Origin: an uncultured Gemmatimonadales bacterium
GTDB lineage: Bacteria; Gemmatimonadota; Gemmatimonadetes; Gemmatimonadales; GWC2-71-9
DNA length: 64,000 nucleotides
Direction of reading: 5' to 3'
NCBI GenBank assembly: GCA_963739455.1
Contig: CAVUAK010000001.1
Location: forward strand, 32,001-96,000
The position numbers and the translations under genes are program-made. A model generated the notes under the pieces. That model did no database searches. It saw nothing but the letters and a program-made list of their open reading frames with translations, and was not told the DNA's origin. This document shows positions 46,413 through 57,313 of the stretch, one piece after another (within the stretch, counting starts at the first letter, position 1; the number at the start of each line of letters is the position of its first letter).

Positions 46413-47258
46413 ATGAACCGTCGCGTCTTCCGCCGCTTCAAGAGCAACGTGATGACCGTCGTGCTGATGGGCTGCGTGCTCGCCGCCGTGCTGCCGCTGC
46501 TCTTCATTCTCGGCACGCTGCTGCTCAAGGGTGCGGGCAGCCTGTCGTTCGACTTCTTCACCAGGATGCCGGCGCCGGCAGGGGAGAATGGCGGCGGCGT
46601 GGCTCACGCCATCGTGGGGACGCTGCTGATGGTCGGCACGGCATGCCTCATCGGGATCCCGATCGGGATCGGGGCCGGCGTGTTCGCGTCGGAGTATCCC
46701 GGCAACCGCCTGGCGATCCTGTCGCGGTTCGTCGCCGACGTGCTCAACGGGACGCCGTCCATCGTCATCGGCGTTTTTGCGTGGACCTGGATCGTGGCGC
46801 GGCAGAAGCATTTCTCCGGCTTCGCCGGGAGCGTGGCGCTGGCAATCCTGATGGTGCCCATGGTGATGCGCACCACCGAGGAGATCATCAAGCTGGTGCC
46901 GCACTCCCTGCGCGAGGCGGCGCTCGCACTGGGCTACCAGCGCTGGCGCACGACGCTGCAGATCGTGCTCCTCACCGCGCTGCCGGGCATCCTCACCGGC
47001 GCCCTGCTCGCGGTGGCGCGTATCGCCGGCGAGACGGCCCCGCTGCTCTTCACCGCGCTCGGCAGCCAGTACATGGGCACGAACCTGAACCAGCCGATGG
47101 CGGCGCTACCGCTCACTGTCTACACCTATGCCACTGGCCCGTACGAGGAGTGGCATCGCTATGCCTGGGCCGCGGCGCTGGTCCTGATCCTGATGGTGTT
47201 CATCCTGAACATGGGGGCGCGATTCGCGACGCGCCGGATGGCGAGGCTCGGTGGCTGA
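46413..47258 (+). CDS. pstA: Phosphate ABC transporter permease
   Basis: GGVAHAIVGT, PSIVIG.F, LREAALALG, ARIAGETAPLLFT. Confidence 0.93.
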   Translation: MNRRVFRRFKSNVMTVVLMGCVLAAVLPLLFILGTLLLKGAGSLSFDFFTRMPAPAGENGGGVAHAIVGTLLMVGTACLIGIPIGIGAGVFASEYPGNRLAILSRFVADVLNGTPSIVIGVFAWTWIVARQKHFSGFAGSVALAILMVPMVMRTTEEIIKLVPHSLREAALALGYQRWRTTLQIVLLTALPGILTGALLAVARIAGETAPLLFTALGSQYMGTNLNQPMAALPLTVYTYATGPYEEWHRYAWAAALVLILMVFILNMGARFATRRMARLGG

Positions 47259-48069
47259 GGCGACAGTGGCCCCGATGGTTGCCGGCGAGGCGCCAGTCGC
47301 GCCCGTGGTAGCGCGCGCCCGGCTGGAGACCGACAAGCTCTCGGCGATGTACGGGAAGTTCACCGCGGTGAAGAATATTTCCCTCGGCTTTTCGCCCAAC
47401 CGGGTGCATGCGCTCATCGGTCCGTCGGGCTGCGGCAAGTCAACCTACCTGCGCACGCTCAACCGGATGCACGAGATGTCCGAGGGCGGGTGGATCACCG
47501 GGCGGGTGCTGCTCGACGGCGAGGATGTCTACGCGTCACGCGTGAGCGCGATGCAGCTGCGGAAGCGGGTCGGCATGGTGTTCCAGCGGCCGACGCCCTT
47601 CCCCACCATGACCATCTACGAGAACGTCGCTGCGGGCCTGAAGGTGAGCGGGCGCGTGAAGCCCACGGAGCTGCGGGAGACGGTGGAGCGGGCCCTGGAG
47701 CACGCGGGACTCTGGAACGAGGTGAAGGATCGCCTGCACCAGAGCGCGATGGCGCTGTCCGGCGGGCAGCAGCAGCGGCTCTGCATCGCCCGCACCATCG
47801 CGCCGGCGCCCGAGGTGATCCTGCTCGACGAGCCGACGTCGGCGCTCGACCCGCAGGGCACCCAGCGCATCGAGGAGCTGCTCTACAACCTCAAGCGCGA
47901 CTTCACCATCGTCATCGTCACCCACAACATGCAGCAGGCGGCGCGCGTCTCCGACACCACCAGCTTCTTCTACATGGGGACGCTGGTCGAGTCGGGCGCC
48001 ACCCGCCAGATCTTCACCGCACCCCGCGAAGAGCAGACAGAGGCCTACATTACGGGGCGATTCGGATGA
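47251..48069 (+). CDS. pstB: Phosphate ABC transporter ATP-binding protein, copy 1
   Basis: [48 protein letters not shown]. Confidence 0.93.
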   Translation: MAEATVAPMVAGEAPVAPVVARARLETDKLSAMYGKFTAVKNISLGFSPNRVHALIGPSGCGKSTYLRTLNRMHEMSEGGWITGRVLLDGEDVYASRVSAMQLRKRVGMVFQRPTPFPTMTIYENVAAGLKVSGRVKPTELRETVERALEHAGLWNEVKDRLHQSAMALSGGQQQRLCIARTIAPAPEVILLDEPTSALDPQGTQRIEELLYNLKRDFTIVIVTHNMQQAARVSDTTSFFYMGTLVESGATRQIFTAPREEQTEAYITGRFG

Positions 48070-48911
48070 CCATAGCGATCGAGACCCAGCCGATCATGAC
48101 CAGCGCGCCCAGGCCCACGTTCACCCCCCGCGCGCCCTCCGCCAACGAGGGCCCGACGGCGGCCGCGATCACCGTGCGCGATTTCCACTTCGCCTACGGC
48201 AAGCGCGACGTGCTGAAGAACCTGAATTTCGTCATCCCGCGACGCGCGGTGACGGCGATCATCGGGCCGTCCGGGTGCGGCAAGTCCACCTTCCTGCGCT
48301 CGGTCAACCGGCTCAACGACCTGATCCCGGGGACGCGCCACCGGGGCGACATCCTGGTGGACGGCCTCTCGGTGTTCGATCGCGAAACCGACCTCGTCGT
48401 GCTCCGCCAGCGCGTCGGCATGGTGTTCCAGCGGCCGAACCCGTTCCCCAAGTCGATCTTCGAGAACGTGGCGTACGGACCGGCACTCAACGCCCTCGTG
48501 CCGAAGGGCGACCTCCCCGACCTGGTGGAGCGGAGCCTGCGCCAGGCCGCGCTCTGGGACGAGGTGAAGGATCGCCTGGAATCGCCGGGCACCGGGCTCT
48601 CCGGGGGACAGCAGCAGCGGCTCTGCATCGCGCGGGCGCTGGGCAACCATCCCGAGGTGCTGCTGATGGACGAGCCCTGCTCCGCGCTCGACCCGATCGC
48701 CACCCAGCGGATCGAGGAGCTGATCCGGACGCTCAAGCGGGACTATACGATCGTCATCGTTACGCATAACATGCAGCAGGCCGCGCGCGTGTCCGACTTC
48801 ACCGCCTTCTTCGACCAGGGCGAGCTGATCGAGTACAGCGAGACCGAGCGCATCTTCACGGCACCGTCCAACGCACGGACCGAGGCCTATATCACCGGGA
48901 GATTCGGATGA
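48066..48911 (+). CDS. pstB: Phosphate ABC transporter ATP-binding protein, copy 2
   Basis: [47 protein letters not shown]. Confidence 0.93.
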   Translation: MTIAIETQPIMTSAPRPTFTPRAPSANEGPTAAAITVRDFHFAYGKRDVLKNLNFVIPRRAVTAIIGPSGCGKSTFLRSVNRLNDLIPGTRHRGDILVDGLSVFDRETDLVVLRQRVGMVFQRPNPFPKSIFENVAYGPALNALVPKGDLPDLVERSLRQAALWDEVKDRLESPGTGLSGGQQQRLCIARALGNHPEVLLMDEPCSALDPIATQRIEELIRTLKRDYTIVIVTHNMQQAARVSDFTAFFDQGELIEYSETERIFTAPSNARTEAYITGRFG

Positions 48912-49625
48912 CCTTCGAGACGCACCGCCACTTTCATGACGAGCTGAGTGCCGTCAAGGTGCGCTTGCTGACCATGTCGGGCGAGGCCGAGGCCGCGCTC
49001 GGGCTGGCGGTGGAGGCGCTCCTGGAGCGCGACGCCGACAAGGCGCGCCACGTCATCGTCGAACGACCGCGCCATCGACAACATGGAAATGGAGATCGAG
49101 GAGCAGTGCATCAACCTCCTCGCGCTGCAGCAGCCGATGGCGCGCGACCTTCGCATGCTCACCTCGGCGCTCAAGATCGCCAACGACCTGGAGCGGGTGG
49201 GTGACCACGCCGTGAACATCGCCCAGTCCGCCGAGCGGCTCGCCGAGGCGCGCGCGATCGCGCCGGAGCCGGAGATCATCGAGATGGCTCGCCTGTCCCG
49301 GGAAATGCTCTCCGATGCGCTCGAGGCGTTCATCCGTGGCGATGCCGCCGGCGGCCGCGACGTCTGCCTCCGCGACGACAAGGTGGACGCCCTGCACCGG
49401 TCGGTGTTCCGCATCCTCCTGACGCACATGATGGAAGACCCGCACACCATCAGCACCGGCATGGAACTGTTCCTCGTCAGCCGCAACCTGGAGCGCGTCG
49501 CCGACCTCGCCACCAACATCGGTGAGGACGTCGTGTTCCTGGTCGAGGGCAAGTCGATCAAGCACCACGCCGAGGACCGGGGCGAGGACCGCCCCGTCCC
49601 GATGCGTCACCTGGTGCCGGAGTGA
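48908..49625 (+). CDS. phoU: Phosphate signalling complex protein (frameshift near 49062)
   Basis: [36 protein letters not shown]. Confidence 0.92.
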
Positions 49626-51211
49626 ACGAGGGCACGCTCAGCGTGCTTCCCGAGCCCGACGGCGCCCCCGCGCCGGCCGCCGCCGGGCGCGAGCGCCTCG
49701 CGGCGCTCGATGTCGGCTCCAACTCCATCCGCCTGCTCGTCGCCGAATACGACTCGGTCGCCGGCCTCACCGTCGTCGACGAGGTGAAGGACCAGCCCCG
49801 CCTGGCGCAGGGCGTCGCGACCACCGGGATGCTCGATGCCGGCGCCGTGGAGCGCGCGATGGCGGGCCTGGCGCGCATGCGCGTGGTCTGCCAGCGGCGC
49901 GGCGTGCGGCGTATCGCCGCGGTCGCCACCTCGGCGGTGCGCGAGGCCAGCAATGGTGAGGAGTTCGTCCAGCGCGTGCGCGACGAGCTCGGCATTCCGC
50001 TGCGCATCATCGACGCCGAGACCGAGGCGTCGCTCTCCTGGCGATCGGTGGCGCATCATTTCCGCATGGACGGCGCGCGCACCATCGTGGCCGACATCGG
50101 CGGCGGCAGCCTCGAGCTGATCGCCGCGGTCGATGGCCTGGTGGAGTCCACCGTCTCCCTGCCGCTCGGCGCGGTGAGGCTGACCGAGACGCACCTGAGC
50201 GGCCGCAAGGATCCCCGCAAGGAAGTCGAGGTGCTTCGCCGGCACGTGCGGAAGGTGCTGCGGAAGGGATTCCCCTGGCGCGAGTGGACCAACCCGGTGT
50301 TCCTCGGCTCCGGCGGCACCTTCACCAACCTGGGCCGGATGGCGATCGGCCGGCGCGGCCTGCCGGTGCCCGACAGCATCCACGGCACCAACGTCCCGAC
50401 CGGCGAAGTCGAGCAGCTGCTCGAGTGGCTCTGCACCCGGACGCCCGAGCAGCGCAAGAACATTGTCGGGCTCAATCCCGAGCGGGCCGACATCATCCTT
50501 GCCGGGCTCGCCGTCACCGCGGAACTGCTCGACCTCGCCGATGCGCGCAGCGTCACCGTGAGCGCGTTCGGCCTGCGGGAGGGCCTGCTCCTGGAAATGG
50601 CGGGCGCCACGACTCCCGCCGGCAACGATCCGCTCCGCGCGTTGCGCGAGTTCGTGGAGCGCTGCCAGGGCGACCGTCGCCATGTCGAGCAGGTGCGATA
50701 CCTCGCCCTCCAGCTGTACGACCAGCTGGGCGAGGTGCTTGGGTGCACGCCGGAAGAACGCCCGCTGCTCGAGGCGGCGTCCCTGCTGCACGACGTGGGG
50801 CAGCTCGTGAGCTACCGGCGGCACCACAAGCACAGCTACCAGCTCATCATGCACGCCGACCGGCTGCCGCTGTCTCCCCGCGACCGGGCCATCGTGGCGC
50901 TGGTGAGCCGGTATCACCGGAAAAGTGGTCCCAAGAAGAAGCACGAGGAGTTCGGCGAGATGGAGACTGCCGATCAGGCGATCGTGCGCCGCATCTCGAG
51001 TCTGCTTCGCGTCGCAGATGGACTGGACCGGGGTCACACCGCGGTGGTGGAGACGGTGCAGAGCGAACTCACCGACGATCGGCTCACGGTGCGGGTGGCG
51101 CCGCGGCTGTCGAACTCCGACCTGTCGCTGGAGTTGTGGGGAGCGGAACGGAAGAGCGACGTGCTGGCGAGGCTGCTGGGTCGCGAGGTGGAGGTCGTGA
51201 CGGCCAGCTAG
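49622..51211 (+). CDS. ppx: Exopolyphosphatase Ppx/GppA with HD domain
   Basis: LDVGSNSIRL, ATSAVREASN, DIGGGSLE, GLREG, LLHDVG, LRVADGLD. Confidence 0.92.
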   Translation: MNEGTLSVLPEPDGAPAPAAAGRERLAALDVGSNSIRLLVAEYDSVAGLTVVDEVKDQPRLAQGVATTGMLDAGAVERAMAGLARMRVVCQRRGVRRIAAVATSAVREASNGEEFVQRVRDELGIPLRIIDAETEASLSWRSVAHHFRMDGARTIVADIGGGSLELIAAVDGLVESTVSLPLGAVRLTETHLSGRKDPRKEVEVLRRHVRKVLRKGFPWREWTNPVFLGSGGTFTNLGRMAIGRRGLPVPDSIHGTNVPTGEVEQLLEWLCTRTPEQRKNIVGLNPERADIILAGLAVTAELLDLADARSVTVSAFGLREGLLLEMAGATTPAGNDPLRALREFVERCQGDRRHVEQVRYLALQLYDQLGEVLGCTPEERPLLEAASLLHDVGQLVSYRRHHKHSYQLIMHADRLPLSPRDRAIVALVSRYHRKSGPKKKHEEFGEMETADQAIVRRISSLLRVADGLDRGHTAVVETVQSELTDDRLTVRVAPRLSNSDLSLELWGAERKSDVLARLLGREVEVVTAS

Positions 51212-51246
51212 ATTCCTGCCGTCTCTCGAACGGGGTCGTGGGTAGC

Positions 51247-53034
51247 ATGTCCGCCGCCGCAGTACAGCCGCACCTTCCGCAACGCGCCAATCCGGCCAGT
51301 CGCCGTCTCCTGATGATCTGCGGGCTGGCCTTTGTCATCGCCATCGGCGCTGCCATGCTGGCCGAGGTGCTGGTCGCCCTCATCGGCCTGATCACCAATC
51401 TTGCCTTCTACGGGCGCTTCTCCCTCGTCTTCACCTCTCCCGCCGGAAATACGCTCGGTCCCTGGGTGGTCATCGTACCGGTCATTGGCGGCCTGATCGT
51501 CGGCGTGATGGCACGATGGGGGTCGCCCGCGATCCGCGGACACGGCATCCCCGAGGTGATGGAGCGCGTGCTGCTTGGCGAGAGCCGCATCCCCCCACGG
51601 CTCACCATCCTCAAGCCGGTCGGCACCGCAATCTCCATCGGGACCGGTGGTCCGTTCGGCGCCGAGGGCCCGATCATCGCCACGGGCGGCGCCCTCGGTT
51701 CCCTGGTCGGCCAGGGCCTGGCCATGACGGCGGACGAGCGGAAGACACTGCTCGCCGCCGGCGCCGCCGCTGGCATGGCCGCCATCTTCGGTGCCCCGGT
51801 GTCGGCCACGATTCTCGCCGTCGAGCTCCTGCTCTTCGAGTATCGCGCCAGTTCGCTCGCGCCGGTGGCCCTCGCCTGCGCCACCGCCGCCGCGGTGCGC
51901 GTAGCCCTGCATGGCACGGCGGCTGTCTTTCCCATGGAGATCACGGCAACGCCGTCTGGCTCGGCCCTCGCGGTCTACACCTTCATCGGCATCGTCGTGG
52001 GTGGATTCGGTGTGGCGATCACGCGCGGGCTCTACTACATCGAGGACCTGTTCGAGCGCCTTCCCATTCACTGGATGTGGTGGCCTGCCCTCGGGGGCGT
52101 GGTGGTCGGCGTCATGGGCTTCATCTCGCCCCGCACGCTGGGCGTGGGATACGACAACATCCAGCAGCTGCTCGACGGTACGCTCGCCGGCGAGGTCCTC
52201 CTCCTGCTCGTCCTCTGCAAGCTCGTGTCCTGGTCGATTGCGCTCGGCAGTGGCACGGCGGGCGGCACCCTCGCGCCACTCTTCACCATTGGTGGCGGAG
52301 CCGGCGTGCTGCTTGGGACCCTCGTTGCGGCGCTCTTGCCGAGCCTCGGCATCGATCCGCGTGTGGCCGGGCTCGTCGGGATGGCCGCCGCGTTCACCGG
52401 GGCGTCGCGCGCGCTGCTCTCCTCGGTCGTGTTCGCCTTCGAGGCCACGCGGCAGCCGATGGGACTGTTGCCGCTGCTGGCCGGCTGTACCGGCGCCTAT
52501 CTCATTTCGCTCCGCACCATGCGCCATACCATCATGACCGAGCGACTGGCGCGCCGCGGTACCCCCGTCATCACCGAGTACTCGGCGGACTATCTCGCGC
52601 GATCGCTCGTGCGAAATCACGCCTCGGCGGCGGTCGTGACACTTCCCGCGACCCAGACGGTACAGCAGACGCGGGCCTGGCTGCAGCAGGCTGACGCGCC
52701 GCGGCATCAGGGCTTTCCCCTCGTGGATACCGATGGCAGGCTGGCCGGCGTGATCACGCGGCGTGACCTGGCGATGAGCGCCGACGACAATCGCATGCTC
52801 GTCGACCTCCTGCAGCGCGCGCCACTCTTTGTCAGCGGCCGCCACTCCCTCCGGGAGGCCGCGGACATCATGGTGCGGGCCAGGGTCGGTCGCCTCCCGG
52901 TCGTCGCGGAGGACGGCTCGGGCAGGGTGGTGGGCATCCTCACTCGCAGTGACGTGCTCGAGGCACACCAGCGCCGCCTCGATGAAACGGGCCACCTGGC
53001 TGGCGCTACTCTCTGGGGCGGGGGCGCCCCCTAG
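51247..53034 (+). CDS. ClC family chloride channel/antiporter with CBS domains
   Basis: GHGIPE, GGPFGAEGP, GGTLAP; C-terminal CBS pair. Confidence 0.9.
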   Translation: MSAAAVQPHLPQRANPASRRLLMICGLAFVIAIGAAMLAEVLVALIGLITNLAFYGRFSLVFTSPAGNTLGPWVVIVPVIGGLIVGVMARWGSPAIRGHGIPEVMERVLLGESRIPPRLTILKPVGTAISIGTGGPFGAEGPIIATGGALGSLVGQGLAMTADERKTLLAAGAAAGMAAIFGAPVSATILAVELLLFEYRASSLAPVALACATAAAVRVALHGTAAVFPMEITATPSGSALAVYTFIGIVVGGFGVAITRGLYYIEDLFERLPIHWMWWPALGGVVVGVMGFISPRTLGVGYDNIQQLLDGTLAGEVLLLLVLCKLVSWSIALGSGTAGGTLAPLFTIGGGAGVLLGTLVAALLPSLGIDPRVAGLVGMAAAFTGASRALLSSVVFAFEATRQPMGLLPLLAGCTGAYLISLRTMRHTIMTERLARRGTPVITEYSADYLARSLVRNHASAAVVTLPATQTVQQTRAWLQQADAPRHQGFPLVDTDGRLAGVITRRDLAMSADDNRMLVDLLQRAPLFVSGRHSLREAADIMVRARVGRLPVVAEDGSGRVVGILTRSDVLEAHQRRLDETGHLAGATLWGGGAP

Positions 53035-53849
53035 TATCCTGCCGGCGCCGGCGCCGGATCGGGCAACTTCGCAAACAGCTCCGCCAGCGTCGGCGCGCCC
53101 GGCCCGATGATCGCCGACATCTCGCTCGTCATCGATGTGCCCAGCCGGTTGGCACCCGCCGCAAGAAACCGGATCGCCATTTCACCGCTGCGCACCCCAC
53201 CGGACGCCTTCACCCCCAGGCTGGTACCAACGGTGCGGCGCATGAGGCGCACCGCCGGCTCGAGTGCCCCGCCCGCGCCGTGAAATCCCGACGACGTCTT
53301 CACGAACGCCGCCCCGGTGTCCATCGCGACCTGTGACGCCTGAACAATGTCCGCGGGTGACAGCACCGCTGTCTCCAGGATCACCTTCACCGGCACCTTT
53401 CCCGCCGCCGCGACCACCGCCGCGATGTCCTTCGCCACCAGGTCCCAGTGCCCCGCCCTCGCGTCGCCCAGGCTCATCACCATGTCGAGCTCGGCGGCAC
53501 CATCTGCCACCGCCTGGCGCGCCTCGTCGGCCTTCACCGACGTCGCCATGGCGCCGAGCGGAAAGCCGATCACTGCGCAGGTCTTCACCGCGGATCCCTC
53601 GAGCGCCGCGCGCACCCGCGCCACCCAGCGACCGTTGACGCACACCGACGCCGTGCCCAGCGCGCGACCCTCCTGCGCCGCCTGGTCGATCTCGTCCGGC
53701 GTCGCCTCGGCCCGGAGCAGCGTGTGATCGATGAACGCCGCGATGCCGCGCTGCGACGCATCCCCGAGCCATGCCGGGACCTCCCCCGTCCACTGGTGCG
53801 CATCGGGGAGGGCAAGGACCTTCGCTACGCGATCAGGAGGGGCGTTCAC
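53031..53849 (-). CDS. deoC: Deoxyribose-phosphate aldolase
   Basis: IDHTLL, VIGFPLG, ELDMV, KVILET, FVKTSSGF, GVKASGG. Confidence 0.93.
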   Translation of the reverse strand: MNAPPDRVAKVLALPDAHQWTGEVPAWLGDASQRGIAAFIDHTLLRAEATPDEIDQAAQEGRALGTASVCVNGRWVARVRAALEGSAVKTCAVIGFPLGAMATSVKADEARQAVADGAAELDMVMSLGDARAGHWDLVAKDIAAVVAAAGKVPVKVILETAVLSPADIVQASQVAMDTGAAFVKTSSGFHGAGGALEPAVRLMRRTVGTSLGVKASGGVRSGEMAIRFLAAGANRLGTSMTSEMSAIIGPGAPTLAELFAKLPDPAPAPAGY

Positions 53850-54603
53850 GGAATTGGCCTCGCACGAAGTTCTGCAGGTTCGCGCGATGCTCCGCCACGA
53901 GGTCGGACTGGCTGAACAGCTTTACCAGGAGGGCACCCGCCGCGAAGCCACCGACGTGGGCCCAGAATGCCACGCCACCGCGGTCGGCACCGATCGAGCC
54001 GTAGCCGCTGAATACCTGCATCAGGAACCAGTAGCCCAGCATCCAGTACGCCGGCACCACGATGCGGGTGACGAACACGAACAGGAAGATCAGCATGTGG
54101 ATCTGCACGCGCGGGTACAGCACGATGTACGCGCCCATGATCCCGCCGATCGCGCCCGATGCACCCACCATCGGCACCGCGCTGTTGGGGCTCAGGAACG
54201 CCTGCGTCAGCGCCGCGATCAGGCCGCACAGGATGTAGAACACGAGATAGCGCAGCCGACCCATCGAGTCTTCCACGTTGTTCCCGAAGATGTGCAGGAA
54301 CCACATGTTGCCGATGAGGTGCAGCCACCCGCCGTGCAGGAACATCGACGTCAGCGGCGTCCACCAGGTGCTCACGTTCCCCAGCACGCACGCGACGCCC
54401 TCGCCCGCGGGCACCTCGGTGCCCGCCGGCAGCGTCTGGAAGAGCTCGCCCGGAATCATGCCGAGCTCGCACACCGACTGGATCAGTCGCGGTTCAGTGC
54501 CCGCTCCTTCCACCAGCAGCCACACCGCCACATTGGCCGCGATGAGCGCGTACGTGACCACCGACGTGCGGATTGTCGGGTTGTCGTCCCGGATTGGAAA
54601 CAT
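53833..54603 (-). CDS. Rhomboid family intramembrane serine protease
   Basis: SMFLHGGWLHLIGNM, GASGA, AFWAHVGGF. Confidence 0.92.
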   Translation of the reverse strand: MFPIRDDNPTIRTSVVTYALIAANVAVWLLVEGAGTEPRLIQSVCELGMIPGELFQTLPAGTEVPAGEGVACVLGNVSTWWTPLTSMFLHGGWLHLIGNMWFLHIFGNNVEDSMGRLRYLVFYILCGLIAALTQAFLSPNSAVPMVGASGAIGGIMGAYIVLYPRVQIHMLIFLFVFVTRIVVPAYWMLGYWFLMQVFSGYGSIGADRGGVAFWAHVGGFAAGALLVKLFSQSDLVAEHRANLQNFVRGQFRERPS

Positions 54604-54653
54604 GGAACCTCAATATACGTGACTTGCAACGTTAGGAAGCCCATATTCCGGTC

Positions 54654-56204
54654 ATGACCCCCTCACGTCACACCGTCGTCGCCGCACTCCTGCTCGCAAT
54701 CGCCACGTCGCCCATTGCCGCGCAGGAGCAACTCGGCGTCATCGTGTTCCCCAATTCCGGTAACGCCGCGGCCGCGCCCGCGTTCCTTCGCGGTGTGAAG
54801 CTGCTCCACAGCTTCGAGTTCGAGGACGCCGCCGCCGCCTTCCGCGCGGCGCAGCAGGCCGATCCCGGCTTCGCCCTGGCCTACTGGGGCGAGGCGATGA
54901 CCTACAACCACGGCATCTGGAACGAGCAGGACCTCGTCGCGGCCCGCGCCGTCCTCGCGCGACTCGGCGCCACCCCCGCCGAGCGGCAGGCGAAGGCGGC
55001 GACCCCCCGCGAACAGGCATGGCTCACCACCGCCGAGATTCTCTATGGCGACGGACCCAAGGCGAAGCGCGACACCCTCTTTTCCGCCGCACTCGAGCAG
55101 CTGTCGGCCGCCGACCCCGCCGACAACGAGGCACTCGCCTTCTACGCCCTCTCGCTCATGTCATTGAGCCAGGCGGTGCGCAACATTCCCACGTACATGC
55201 GGGCGGGCGCCCTCGCGCAGGAAGTCCTGCGCCGCAACCCTGACCACCCCGGCGCCGCGCACTACGTCATCCACGCCTTCGACGATCCGGTTCACGCGCC
55301 GATCGGCCTCTACGCCGCGCAGCGCTACGCCCAGATCGCGCCGAGCGCCGATCACGCGCAGCACATGACCACGCACATCTTCCTGGCGCTCGGCATGTGG
55401 CCGGAAGTGGTGCAGCAGAATGCCATCGCGTCAGGACCGGACAGTGCACAGTGGCGGCCCGGTCACTACACCAGCTGGATGCAGTACGGCCTGCTGCAGG
55501 AAGCTCGCTATGCCGATGCGCGACGGCTCATCGAGCTGACGCGCGCGAACATGGCGACGCCGTCCCGCCCGGGAAACCGCTACTACCTCGTGCTCATGCG
55601 GGCACAGCAGGTCATCAACGCCGAGGAGTGGCACGATCCCGTCCTCGACTGGACGGTGGACACCACCGGCATCGGTACTTCGCCCCAGGCCATCGCCGTG
55701 TTCACCGATGGTTTCGCGGCTTACAAGCGCGGGAACCTCGAGGCTGCAGCGAAGGCCACCGACCAGCTCGCTGTCATCAATGCGCAGGGCAAGAGTGACC
55801 GCTTCGGCCGGGTGGAGACGGGTGTCGCGCTGGAGAAGGAACTGCGGGGACTGGTGCATATCGGCGCCGGACGGAACGCGGAGGGCCTGGGGTTGCTCCG
55901 TGAGGCGGCGACGTTCGAGGACGGACTCGCGGCCGAGTACGGGCCGCCCGATATCGTGAAGCCGACGCACGAGCTGCTGGGTGAGGTCCTGCTGGCGAAG
56001 GGCCAGTCCGCCGAGGCACAGCAGGAGTTCGCCCGCGCACTGGCCCTGGCCCCGGGGCGCTCGCTGTCGCTGCTGGGCCTCTCCCGCGCCGCCCGCGCGG
56101 CCGGCGACACCGCAGTCGCCTTGCAGGCCGAGACAACGCTCAAGAAGAACTGGCAGGCCGGCGACGCCGCTGCCCTGGCGAGGTACTCAGCAAAAGAGCC
56201 CTGA
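54654..56204 (+). CDS. Secreted TPR-repeat protein
   Basis: Signal peptide; FLRGVKLLHSF, ALAYWGEAM, PDHPGAAHYVIHAFD, HAQHMTTHIF. Confidence 0.8.
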   Translation: MTPSRHTVVAALLLAIATSPIAAQEQLGVIVFPNSGNAAAAPAFLRGVKLLHSFEFEDAAAAFRAAQQADPGFALAYWGEAMTYNHGIWNEQDLVAARAVLARLGATPAERQAKAATPREQAWLTTAEILYGDGPKAKRDTLFSAALEQLSAADPADNEALAFYALSLMSLSQAVRNIPTYMRAGALAQEVLRRNPDHPGAAHYVIHAFDDPVHAPIGLYAAQRYAQIAPSADHAQHMTTHIFLALGMWPEVVQQNAIASGPDSAQWRPGHYTSWMQYGLLQEARYADARRLIELTRANMATPSRPGNRYYLVLMRAQQVINAEEWHDPVLDWTVDTTGIGTSPQAIAVFTDGFAAYKRGNLEAAAKATDQLAVINAQGKSDRFGRVETGVALEKELRGLVHIGAGRNAEGLGLLREAATFEDGLAAEYGPPDIVKPTHELLGEVLLAKGQSAEAQQEFARALALAPGRSLSLLGLSRAARAAGDTAVALQAETTLKKNWQAGDAAALARYSAKEP

Positions 56205-56214
56205 CTCCAGGGCC

Positions 56215-56285
56215 CGCTCACCGCTCACGCAGTCGCTGTTCCTCCTCACGCTGTTGCACTCCCTCCTCACGCAGTCGCAGTTCCC
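56215..56285 (-). repeat. Inverted copy of the ~21-nt GGAACTGCGACTGCGTGAGGAG repeat
   Basis: Reverse complement gggaactgcgactgcgtgaggag ggagtgcaacagcgtgaggag gaacagcgactgcgtgag. Confidence 0.7.
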
Positions 56286-56461
56286 TACCACCCATACCCC
56301 ATCGGCACCGCCGCCCCGATCGTCACAGCACCCCACGGCGCCGGGATCCCCATCCCCACCGTCACCGACCAGTTCGTGGCATGCCCGGCACACGCCAGGG
56401 CACTGAGGCACAGCAGCGCGATCAGCACCACCAGTGAACCGCGCGATCCCAAACGGTTCAT
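56285..56461 (-). CDS. Small hypothetical lipoprotein (58 aa)
   Basis: AAGGAG RBS; ATGA overlap with the VOC gene; lipobox-like ALAC. Confidence 0.55.
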   Translation of the reverse strand: MNRLGSRGSLVVLIALLCLSALACAGHATNWSVTVGMGIPAPWGAVTIGAAVPMGYGW

Positions 56462-57313
56462 TGGGCTGGCTCCTTTGCGTCTGGTGGAAGCGGACCGTCC
56501 CACTGCTGCACCGCGAACGCCGCACCGGTTGGATCGCCGATGATCGCCACCATGCCGTTTCGCACGTCGGCTCGCGGCGCAAGGATGACCCGTCCGCCAA
56601 GTGCCACCGCCTGTTGCACCGTGGCGTTCACGTCCGCCACGCGGATCGTGGGGAGCCAGTTGGGCTTCACGTCCTTCACCGGCAGCTTGAGCAGCCCTGC
56701 CATCGGCGTCGAGTCACGCATGAATCGCTGGTACGTTGTCCCCGCGACAGTCACGGTATCACGCTGCCAGCTGAGCAGGTTGCCGTAGAAGGACGTCGCA
56801 GCGTCGACATCCTTCGTCCACAGCTCCACCCACAGCCAGCCGTTGATCGGTACCGGGAGATCACGCGGTTCGAGGCCCGGCTTCATCAGCGCGAAGGGCG
56901 CGCCCTGCGGATCGATGAGGAGCGCAGCCTCGTCGTTCCAGCTCCCCGTGCGCATGGGAGCAACCACGGTGGTCGCCCCCGAGTCGGTCGCCAGCTTCGT
57001 GGCCCGCCTTACATTGTCCACCGCGAAGAAGGTGATCCACTGCGACGCATTCACCTTCCCCTCACGTCCCGCCGAGATGCCCGCCATGGCCACGCCCGCC
57101 TTCTCGCCAATCGACATAGACGAGGTCCTTGCCGAACGTCGGCGCCCGCCAGGTCCAGCCGAACAGCGCGCCATAGAAGGCCTTGGAGGCATCGACATCT
57201 CGCGTCACCAGGTCATGCCAGACCACCCGCCCCGGCGTCACCTGCGCATTCATCGACGAGGGAAGTGACGCCAGCCCCACCACCGCAACCAGCCCGACGA
57301 GACCTCGCCTCAT
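56458..57313 (-). CDS. Secreted VOC/glyoxalase family protein (frameshift near 57115)
   Basis: GRVVWHDLVT.D..SKAFYG.LFGW; DPQGAPFAL; W.ELWT.D..FY; DPTGAAFAV. Confidence 0.8.

Noticed and set aside
47251..48911. Duplicated pstB as a novelty or assembly duplication
   Set aside because: The two copies are diverged, and tandem pstB pairs are known in many bacteria
50284..51246. 916-aa ORF as an extended ClC protein
   Set aside because: The upstream part is an alternative frame of ppx; ClC likely starts at ATG 51247
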